64,000 nucleotides of DNA from a virus, in IMG/VR virus record IMGVR_UViG_3300025875_000003, positions 32,001 through 96,000 of that record. One strand, 5' to 3'. Below are positions 17,856 through 24,926 of the stretch, piece by piece. Each line of letters begins with the position of its first letter. Positions within the stretch are counted from its first letter, which is position 1. Below the pieces are notes generated by a model. The model saw only the letters and a program-made list of their open reading frames with translations, had not been told where the DNA came from and made no database searches. The translations under genes were made by a program, and so were the position numbers.

Positions 17856-18083
17856 ATGCCCAAGCCGTGGATAAATCTTGTCGTGGCGTGTGTTGTGGTC
17901 CTAGTTGCCAGTCAGGTAGTTGACCACAGTGGGTGGCCCGGCTGGATTGAGTTCCCTCTGGTGGCTCTCATAGGGGCCGTTGCCTACATGATCTCAGCGC
18001 GCGTCCTTATTTATTTTTCCTCTCGTAGAAATAATCCAGCGTTTTTGCGAGAGCCTAGCCGCATCCCTCGCCACAGAAACTAG
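17856..18083 (+). CDS. two-TM membrane protein
   Basis: AAAGGA RBS; two hydrophobic helices. Confidence 0.65.
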   Translation: MPKPWINLVVACVVVLVASQVVDHSGWPGWIEFPLVALIGAVAYMISARVLIYFSSRRNNPAFLREPSRIPRHRN

Positions 18084-18091
18084 TTGATAGT
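18081..18091 (+). promoter_or_regulatory. GATAGT-type (late-like) promoter variant, leaderless
   Basis: TAGTTGATAGT + 6 nt + ATG. Confidence 0.5.
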
Positions 18092-18097
18092 AAACTG

Positions 18098-18901
18098 ATG
18101 AGTATGGTTAACAAGTATGCAGTAGCAGTAGGTATCAACAACTACCCAGGCACTGGTTCTGACCTTCGAGGTTGCGTTAACGACGCCATCGATTGGACAG
18201 ACCATCTCTCGTCTTTGGGATACAAGGTGCTGACCCTTACAGATGAGCAGGCTACCAAGACAGCAGTCACTAGCGCTCTGCGTGAAATGATGGCCATGGC
18301 CCGGTATCGAGATAAGGTCGTGTTCACCTACTCTGGCCACGGCTCCTGGGTTCCTGACAGGGGAGGCGATGAGGCTGACAGCCGAGATGAGGTCTTGGTT
18401 CTTCATGATTTCGACCGTGGAGGGCTACTTTCGGACGACGAGATGAATACGATTTTTTCCAATCGTCGTTTTGGTGTTAAGCCCACTGTTATCTCGGATT
18501 CTTGTCATTCGGGTACCCTGACAGATGTTCGTGGACTAGAGGCTGTGCGAACTTTGAAGCATTCTGTGGTGGACGCTGCTCCTCGCTTTCTCTCTCCGTC
18601 TCACTTCCTTGCGTCAGAGGACGTTCCTGCGGCACTAGAAGTCGAATCTAAGGCTCCCAGGGGGGCATCTAGACCTACCACCGCTCTTTTGTCGGGCTGT
18701 GACGACCCTGAATTTTCTTACGATGCATACATCGATGGCCGTTATCGAGGAGCATTCACAGCAGCCGCTTTGAAGACGTGGGTTCCTGGCATTACTTTGA
18801 GAAAGTGGCATGAAGCGATTAGGCTTTACCTACCTTCTAACCAGTACCCACAAAGCCCCCAGATTGGTGCAACGTACCCCCAGCGGTTCTGGACTCTCTA
18901 A
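18098..18901 (+). CDS. metacaspase / caspase-family protease (peptidase C14)
   Basis: GINNY..LRGCVND, YSGHG (His81), SDSCHSG (Cys136), GAFT, QSPQ. Confidence 0.92.
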   Translation: MSMVNKYAVAVGINNYPGTGSDLRGCVNDAIDWTDHLSSLGYKVLTLTDEQATKTAVTSALREMMAMARYRDKVVFTYSGHGSWVPDRGGDEADSRDEVLVLHDFDRGGLLSDDEMNTIFSNRRFGVKPTVISDSCHSGTLTDVRGLEAVRTLKHSVVDAAPRFLSPSHFLASEDVPAALEVESKAPRGASRPTTALLSGCDDPEFSYDAYIDGRYRGAFTAAALKTWVPGITLRKWHEAIRLYLPSNQYPQSPQIGATYPQRFWTL

Positions 18902-18931
18902 GTTGCACATGTAGCATGGTTGCGCTATCCT
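18902..18931 (+). promoter_or_regulatory. repeated early promoter, copy 8
   Basis: G-TTGCAC-ATGTAGCATGGTTGCGC-TATCCT. Confidence 0.8.
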
Positions 18932-18963
18932 GAAAGTCAAAGACGATCTTCAGGAGGACAACC

Positions 18964-19602
18964 ATGAGCACTGTCAAGGCACGCCGCTGGATGTGGATTG
19001 ATTTTGAAGCAACGGGACTGTCCGAGGGCAACGACTTCTCTAGGGTTCACCCGATGGAGGTCGGAATCATTCTGACGGACTTCAACCTCAATCGACTCGC
19101 GGGGTACACCGAGGTAGTCAAGATGCACCCGGCCATGGCTGAGCAGATCAGGGCAAACAAGTTCGTGCGAGAGATGCACACCAAGAGTGGCCTGATTCGA
19201 GATTCAGTGAAGAACGCCACTCTAAGCCTGCCTGAGATCGAAAACGAGATCATTGACATGCTTCAAGAGTTTGGGGAGCCCGGAGAGTTTCAAATCGCAG
19301 GCTCTGGCGTGGCTGCCTATGACTTCCCTCTGATCAAGCAGTGGATGCCCAATCTCGCTGTCTGGCTGGACTACTCACCTGCTGACATCGGCATCATGCG
19401 GCGCATGGCGTCTCGCCTGGTGGGTAAGGAAATCGTCACCCATACGCCTGCGTCCTACGGTGCGGAGAAGTTGCATCGGGCTATGCAGGATGTTGAGGGA
19501 CATCTGGAAGAGACGCAGAAGTATCAGGAAGTGCTGCGGGCCGCGTTCCTAACCGAGTCGCAGGTGGATGACCGGATTCAAGACGTGGAGGAGATCTTGT
19601 GA
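18964..19602 (+). CDS. oligoribonuclease-like DEDDh exonuclease
   Basis: WIDFEATGL, EMHTKSGL, WMPNL, HRAMQDV. Confidence 0.85.
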   Translation: MSTVKARRWMWIDFEATGLSEGNDFSRVHPMEVGIILTDFNLNRLAGYTEVVKMHPAMAEQIRANKFVREMHTKSGLIRDSVKNATLSLPEIENEIIDMLQEFGEPGEFQIAGSGVAAYDFPLIKQWMPNLAVWLDYSPADIGIMRRMASRLVGKEIVTHTPASYGAEKLHRAMQDVEGHLEETQKYQEVLRAAFLTESQVDDRIQDVEEIL

Positions 19603-19871
19603 GCAGAGAAGATTTTGTCAGTACGCGGGCCAAGGTGACGGTCATCTTTGATCTGCCTACCGGAGAGAAGTACACGCTGACGGTTCCCGATGTGGTGGAC
19701 GTGAAGGTGACACAGCAGTGGCGTTACGGCAATCCCTTCACGTCACTAGGCGTCGAGAGTCTGGCGTTCGTGGCCGAGACTCTGGAAGGCATGGCTATCC
19801 AGTTTCTGCCCCTTCCTGATGCTAGGGGAGGTGGGTACTTCAGCCTGGTCAAGGATCTGCGCCCTCGCTGA
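19599..19871 (+). CDS. hypothetical protein
   Basis: GTGA coupling. Confidence 0.6.
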   Translation: MSREDFVSTRAKVTVIFDLPTGEKYTLTVPDVVDVKVTQQWRYGNPFTSLGVESLAFVAETLEGMAIQFLPLPDARGGGYFSLVKDLRPR

Positions 19872-19872
19872 G

Positions 19873-19902
19873 GTTGCACATGTCGCTTGACTACGCTACT
19901 GT
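19873..19902 (+). promoter_or_regulatory. repeated early promoter, copy 9
   Basis: G-TTGCAC-ATGTCGCTTGACTACGC-TACTGT. Confidence 0.8.
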
Positions 19903-19925
19903 TGACTTAGACGCACGAACCGACG

Positions 19926-20873
19926 ATGAAAGACAAGGTGATTGATATGTGGATCTTCATGCCGGGCGGACTCCTGATGCCCGCCGCTGTGCCTATGGAC
20001 AAGGTTGACGCCAAGTGGACGAACGGCGGTGAGTGGAACCTTCAGGTCCGGGCGCGCACTCTCAGTCACCTCACAAACTTCATCCGGGACTACATGACCG
20101 AGGGTGACTACTCTGAGATCCAGAGCACTCCGGAGATGGACTACAACTACCGCTTCTACACCTCCAAGAAGGCGTTCGCCACGGGCATGGCCATGGCTAT
20201 GCTGGAGATCGATTACTATAAGTTCAAGCCCACGGCTGAGGACACGTACGAAGATGGCACGCTGAAGTACATGGATGGCAAGGAGTACCACAGCGTGCTG
20301 AACAGCATCTGGGGCACGGTCTGCCGTCTGGGTCTTCCCGGAGGCAAGTGGGCCAAGGGTGGGTCTGCTTGGGACGATGCAATTTCCAAGTACTCAGGCA
20401 AGCGCTATGGTGAAGCGCGTTCCAACCGCGACTGGCTGGATGCCTACAACGACATGCTGGACAGCCGGGGTCGTTGGGAAGACTCCACCGAGGAGGGCAC
20501 GTCCCAGGTTCCTCTCGGGGACGACTCTGTGTGGCAGGAGGAGACCGAGCATCACGGCATGACGGAGTTCGCGGCTCGCTGGCTGGAGGATGACGACTAT
20601 GAGCCGGACAGCCACACTCGCAAGGAAATGATTCTGGCCAAGGTAGAGGATCTTCCTGCCTCTCAGTGGGATGACTGGCTGTACCCCGATGAGATGGAGA
20701 TCGTCTCTTACGAGTACCAGAAGGCTCTGGTAAACGAGCGTGAGCGTGCTCGTCGGTTCCGTGAGAGCGTGCAGGAGTCGGTCAAGACGGTCGGCAAGGA
20801 TCGCAAGAAGAACCGCAAGCCGAGTAAGGCTAGCCGCCAGACGGTACGCCGGACCAGGCACGCGGCACGCTGA
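19926..20873 (+). CDS. hypothetical protein (315 aa)
   Basis: long ORF with phage-type codon use; LQVRAR...DYNYRF...IDYYKFK N-domain, acidic middle, basic tail. Confidence 0.8.
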   Translation: MKDKVIDMWIFMPGGLLMPAAVPMDKVDAKWTNGGEWNLQVRARTLSHLTNFIRDYMTEGDYSEIQSTPEMDYNYRFYTSKKAFATGMAMAMLEIDYYKFKPTAEDTYEDGTLKYMDGKEYHSVLNSIWGTVCRLGLPGGKWAKGGSAWDDAISKYSGKRYGEARSNRDWLDAYNDMLDSRGRWEDSTEEGTSQVPLGDDSVWQEETEHHGMTEFAARWLEDDDYEPDSHTRKEMILAKVEDLPASQWDDWLYPDEMEIVSYEYQKALVNERERARRFRESVQESVKTVGKDRKKNRKPSKASRQTVRRTRHAAR

Positions 20874-20895
20874 GTGAAGTTGCCTAGCGCAGTTG

Positions 20896-20925
20896 GTTGC
20901 ACATGTTGCCTGACTGCGCTAGGCT
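20896..20925 (+). promoter_or_regulatory. repeated early promoter, copy 10
   Basis: G-TTGCAC-ATGTTGCCTGACTGCGC-TAGGCT. Confidence 0.8.
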
Positions 20926-20960
20926 CTTCCTGACAGGTCAACAGCACTGAGGAGGACACC

Positions 20961-21545
20961 ATGGGAAACAAGCGAGCAATCATCGTTGTGGACTGCCAAA
21001 ATGATTTCACTGAGGGCGGCGCTCTCGCTGTCGAAGGCGGGGACCGGGTGGCCCGCAACATCTCGAATCACTTGACCACATACGGCACTGACTACGATCT
21101 GGTCATCGCCACGCGGGACTGGCACAATCCCCTGCCCGACACCAACTCGGGCCACTTCGACCGCTGGCCGGTCCACTGCGTGGCAGGCACTAAGGGTGCA
21201 GAGTACGACACAAATCTTCTACTGCCTTTTCGCACGATCCATGTCATCAAGGGCATGGGCCGTGAGGACTACTCGGGCTTCGATGGTGTGGTCTCAGATC
21301 TCAGGGGCACTCGTTGGAACGATGAGACGCTGCTTCAGGTACTGCTCTCCAACGGGGTTCAGTATGTCGATGTCGTCGGACTGGCTTTCGACCACTGTGT
21401 AAAGGCTACGGCTCTCGATGCCGTTGCCAAGGGAGATTTCGTCGTACAGGTGCTGACCGACCTCACGGCAGGCGTGGCTGTCGATACCACCATCGAGGCG
21501 GCTAGGCTTCTGACAGTCAATGATGTCGTTCTGGAACTGTCCTGA
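20961..21545 (+). CDS. pncA: nicotinamidase/pyrazinamidase (isochorismatase family)
   Basis: IVVDCQNDF, ATRDWH, WPVHCV, KG, GLAFDHCVKATA. Confidence 0.9.
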   Translation: MGNKRAIIVVDCQNDFTEGGALAVEGGDRVARNISNHLTTYGTDYDLVIATRDWHNPLPDTNSGHFDRWPVHCVAGTKGAEYDTNLLLPFRTIHVIKGMGREDYSGFDGVVSDLRGTRWNDETLLQVLLSNGVQYVDVVGLAFDHCVKATALDAVAKGDFVVQVLTDLTAGVAVDTTIEAARLLTVNDVVLELS

Positions 21546-21582
21546 CCCCCAAATTTCAACCACCAACCGAAAGGCAACACCC

Positions 21583-21999
21583 ATGAAGAAGAAGATTTTT
21601 GCTGCAACGGCTGCGGCCATGCTCCTGCTCGCTGGCTGTGAGTCCGCAGCCGACACCGCTGACCGCAACCTTTCCAAGGCTGCCGAGAACTTCGAAGTGC
21701 CTCGTCGCATCGTCGGCATCAATGGAATCACTGATGAGGTGCTGTTCTCGGTCGAAGGGTTTTGCTCCTACGAGATCGCTTCAGGCACCTATGAGGTCAT
21801 TTGTCTCGTTGATCGTGCGAGTGGGGAGGTCACCCGCACCACGCTCGCTCGCTCGGACAACGTGACGATGCTGGTCACACAGACAGGCGGCACCGAGGTG
21901 GACCTGTTCCAGCCTCGCGTGATCTTCCGGCCGGAGACCATCGTGCCCGACTTCGATCTCTCAACCTCTGCTCGCCTTCAGGGCAACGGTAACGGCTGA
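21583..21999 (+). CDS. phage lipoprotein
   Basis: signal peptide with LAGC lipobox. Confidence 0.8.
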   Translation: MKKKIFAATAAAMLLLAGCESAADTADRNLSKAAENFEVPRRIVGINGITDEVLFSVEGFCSYEIASGTYEVICLVDRASGEVTRTTLARSDNVTMLVTQTGGTEVDLFQPRVIFRPETIVPDFDLSTSARLQGNGNG

Positions 22000-22016
22000 T
22001 CTAGGCAGTTACCTTG

Positions 22017-22045
22017 GGGCGGTGTCGGGCCCGACACCGCCCTTC
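22017..22045 (+). terminator. terminator-like hairpin
   Basis: GGGCGGTGTCGG/CCGACACCGCCC perfect 12-bp stem. Confidence 0.7.
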
Positions 22046-22070
22046 GGTCTAATAGAAAGAAGAATTTAGC

Positions 22071-22301
22071 GTGTTCTTTGTGATTAGCGATACCTATCAA
22101 GTAGGCGCTTATTGGTGCAGACAGAATGGCCTCAACCCGCACTCGCGTAATGTGCGAATCTGTACGTGGGCTTCCGATCTTCAGGGAACGCGCTTTCAAG
22201 AGGGAGACCACCTGAAGGTGGTTGACTCACTAGATTACCGAGCACAGCGAAGTTTTTGTGATCTGCTAGAGGTACTTGACATGAACAAGGCCTTGTACTG
22301 A
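22071..22301 (+). CDS. hypothetical protein
   Basis: ORF with GTG start. Confidence 0.5.
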   Translation: MFFVISDTYQVGAYWCRQNGLNPHSRNVRICTWASDLQGTRFQEGDHLKVVDSLDYRAQRSFCDLLEVLDMNKALY

Positions 22302-22331
22302 GTAGCATTCTTGGCCTAATTGCTCTATGAT
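22302..22331 (+). promoter_or_regulatory. diverged copy of the repeated promoter
   Basis: G-TAGCAT-TCTTGGCCTAATTGCTC-TATGAT. Confidence 0.5.
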
Positions 22332-22366
22332 AGAGAGTAAGTTCTATAGACTCTTTAAGGAGCATC

Positions 22367-22942
22367 ATGCGTTTGGTCATGTTGACCGACCCGGTACAGT
22401 GGACTGTGCAGCATCAAGGCAAGTCTGTCGCCATCGGAGGCACCACATTCTTCTCTCATCGAGAAGATGCAGTTCAAGAGATCTCTAAGCGCGGACTAAC
22501 TGTGCGCGAGACTGGTGAGATCGTGCGTACCCCGGAGCCTGTGATCACAGAATCGGTCCCTGAAGCGCCTGTAGAGACCGAGGTGGTCCAGGAGGCCCCG
22601 GTAGAGTCTGGAGACGTTCCTGACGCTCCTGTGGAATCTGCGGAGGCCACAGAGAGCAAGCGCCGGGGACGCCCGCGTACCTTCTCTGAGGAGGAGGCTG
22701 CTGAGCGCCGCAGGCAGCAGAATCGTGAGTACTACCGACAGAGACCGCCTGAGCGCAAGAATGCGGTCAGAGAGCGCTCCAAGGACTGGCGAGAGAGCAA
22801 CCCTGACAAGGTGAAGGAATACCGACAGCGGGCCAACGAAAAGCGCCGTGAGCGGTATCGCACTGACCCGGAGTATCGTGCTAAGGTAGATGCCTCAAAC
22901 AAGGCATATCAGGAACGCAAGAAGACAAACAAGGAGAACTGA
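22367..22942 (+). CDS. putative DNA-binding protein (AT-hook-like RGRP plus basic helical tail)
   Basis: AAGGAG RBS; KRRGRPR; R/K/Y-rich C-terminus. Confidence 0.7.
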   Translation: MRLVMLTDPVQWTVQHQGKSVAIGGTTFFSHREDAVQEISKRGLTVRETGEIVRTPEPVITESVPEAPVETEVVQEAPVESGDVPDAPVESAEATESKRRGRPRTFSEEEAAERRRQQNREYYRQRPPERKNAVRERSKDWRESNPDKVKEYRQRANEKRRERYRTDPEYRAKVDASNKAYQERKKTNKEN

Positions 22943-22943
22943 G

Positions 22944-23177
22944 ATGGCCAGAGCCAAGATCGTCCTCAATGAGCCTACGCTAAAGTGGATTCTTGGGCTG
23001 ACTAGTGATGTAGACATTCGAGCACTCGATATCATGCAAGACCCTATACACCTCGAAATAGTCATCTCACACAACTCTATTAAGGATGACTGGCATTACC
23101 CCGAAGGGGTTGGTGCTGAATCTAGAATTTATGACCTAAACACTATTCCTGCATCGATCAAGGAACACAACCTGTGA
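22944..23177 (+). CDS. hypothetical protein
   Basis: AAGGAG RBS. Confidence 0.6.
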   Translation: MARAKIVLNEPTLKWILGLTSDVDIRALDIMQDPIHLEIVISHNSIKDDWHYPEGVGAESRIYDLNTIPASIKEHNL

Positions 23178-23325
23178 ACGTCAATCATTTCATGTTCCCA
23201 AAGGGCGTTCCGATCTGCGGGGAGCCAGTGTTCGCAGAAGAGACTCCCTTGTCTCAGACACAAAATCCAAATCTTGTTTCCTGTCGCAGTTGCTGGAAGC
23301 ACATGCCGTGATCTAGCGGCAGTTA

Positions 23326-23398
23326 GCCCCCTTAGCCCAACGGCAGAGGCGTCCGACTCAAAATCGGTACAGTGTGGGTTCGAATCCCACAGGGGGTA
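23326..23398 (+). tRNA. tRNA-Leu(CAA), short variable loop
   Basis: cloverleaf; TCCGA-CTCAAAA-TCGGT; GGTTCGAATCC T-arm. Confidence 0.85.
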
Positions 23399-23406
23399 CC
23401 TCACCC

Positions 23407-23468
23407 AGCACCTTCTGGTCGATAGTGTGTAAAGAGAGCCACACATCGACTAGGAAGGTGCTTTTTTT
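23407..23468 (+). terminator. long hairpin plus T7 that embeds a late promoter and the downstream RBS
   Basis: AGCACCTTC/GAAGGTGCT, GGTCGAT/ATCGACT and GTGT/ACAC stems. Confidence 0.75.
23416..23426 (+). promoter_or_regulatory. TGGTCGATAGT late promoter motif
   Basis: identical 11-mer at 41403, 48284 and 57381. Confidence 0.7.
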
Positions 23469-23867
23469 ATGGCTAACGCCACCCTTCCGCAAAACTTCAC
23501 GCTTGATCTCTATCGCGGCGATGACTATGTTGTTGCTTTTGTTTACGGAGTCCGTGAAGCAGATACTAATGTATCTATGATTACCTCTACCGAGGGGTGG
23601 ACAGCGCGGGCTCAGATTAGGTCTGACTACGGCAGAGATCTTTGGATTGATTTGACCGAAGAAAATGGTCTCCGTCTTGAAGTCATTGATGGAAATCTAG
23701 TTGTTTACATGCATATTTCTGCCTCGGCCACATCCGGCGTGGAGTGGAATCGCAGAGACTGGGGTGTGTGGGATCTTGAAATAGTTGATCCCACTGGTAT
23801 GAGAACAACAATCTTTGCTGGAGAAGTGAATATTAATGCTGATGTGACTCAGGAGGTCTTCTCGTGA
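23469..23867 (+). CDS. virion structural protein, BppU-N-like beta-sandwich
   Basis: LDLYRGDD...ARAQIR...GVWDLEIVDP...FAGEV pattern. Confidence 0.65.
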   Translation: MANATLPQNFTLDLYRGDDYVVAFVYGVREADTNVSMITSTEGWTARAQIRSDYGRDLWIDLTEENGLRLEVIDGNLVVYMHISASATSGVEWNRRDWGVWDLEIVDPTGMRTTIFAGEVNINADVTQEVFS

Positions 23868-24118
23868 ATATCGAGCATGCTTCCGTAAGCACTCCTCTAG
23901 TACGTGTGGTCGGAGTTACTAAGGTTGTGGGGCCAACCGGTCCTGCTGGTCCACAAGGTGATGCAGGAGATCCCGAGCATGTGGGGGCTGCTGTTACCGC
24001 GTATATGCAGGAACATTCTGATGCTGTTCTTGCTCCTCATGTGAATGATCCGGAACCCCACCCTGCGTATGACGACATTCCGTCGTTGACCCTACTTTTC
24101 GAGAACGGACTGACCTGA
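23864..24118 (+). CDS. small collagen-like fibre protein
   Basis: GPTGPAGPQGDAGDP. Confidence 0.65.
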   Translation: MNIEHASVSTPLVRVVGVTKVVGPTGPAGPQGDAGDPEHVGAAVTAYMQEHSDAVLAPHVNDPEPHPAYDDIPSLTLLFENGLT

Positions 24119-24119
24119 C

Positions 24120-24926
24120 ATGTCTCTGGCAACTAACGTTCAGAACCTCGCTACTCGTATTGCCACCGAGATCAAGGCAATCCGTACGGCCGAGGGTGAC
24201 CTGACTGCTCTTACCACTACCGCTAAGGCGAACCTTGTAGCGGCCATCAATGAACTGCAGACTGAGGTCAGTGCTGCCGTAGCAGGCAGCGGCAACGCCT
24301 CCATCGATGATGCCAGCACGACAGGTGCCGCTACGTGGTCTTCACAGAAGATTTCAGACACCGTTGCTGCTGCTGTTCAGAGCATCTTGGGAGGCACACC
24401 CCAGGCTGCTTATGACACACTGACTGAGATTGCCGCAGCGATGGCGGCGGACGACACGCAGGCTGCTGATCTGTTGACTCAGATTGGTAACCGCGTTAGG
24501 TTCGACGCCGTGCAGACCCTCACAGCCCCGCAGCAGGCCCAGGCACGCACGAACATTGGTGCAGCGGCACTTGCGGACGTAGCAGCCGCAACAGAGGGCG
24601 CACGAGGCACTGTTGAGTTGGCCACGACGACTGAAGCAACTACCGGTACGGACACTGCTCGTGCAGTTACCCCGGCTGGGTTGAAGGCTGTCGCGGACAC
24701 TAAGGCAGCGACGAGCCACACGCACACCGAACTGGCTCAGGCCACCGAGGCTGCACGCGGAACCTTGGAACTGGCTACGGCTGTTGAAGTAACCGCAGGT
24801 ACAGACGCCGTTCGAGCAATCACGCCTGTCCGCTTGAAGGAACGCACTGATATTCTTGCTACCAAGGCAGACGTAGGCGACACCAACACCAATTTCGTTA
24901 CTACCTTTGAGGCCGGTCTGGCATGA
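24120..24926 (+). CDS. head/neck fibre-like protein with tail-fibre repeats
   Basis: two ATE.ARGT.ELAT..E...GTD..RA.TP..LK repeats. Confidence 0.75.
   Translation: MSLATNVQNLATRIATEIKAIRTAEGDLTALTTTAKANLVAAINELQTEVSAAVAGSGNASIDDASTTGAATWSSQKISDTVAAAVQSILGGTPQAAYDTLTEIAAAMAADDTQAADLLTQIGNRVRFDAVQTLTAPQQAQARTNIGAAALADVAAATEGARGTVELATTTEATTGTDTARAVTPAGLKAVADTKAATSHTHTELAQATEAARGTLELATAVEVTAGTDAVRAITPVRLKERTDILATKADVGDTNTNFVTTFEAGLA

Noticed and set aside
553-20925. CRISPR-like array from the 30-bp repeats
   Set aside because: Copies are kilobases apart, degenerate, separated by genes and have exact -35/17/-10 geometry. The only Cas-like gene is a stand-alone Cas4/RecB nuclease, which is common in phages.
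23326-23398. tRNA-Leu as an attP/attB scar of a prophage or island
   Set aside because: No integrase and no duplicated tRNA 3' end in the window.
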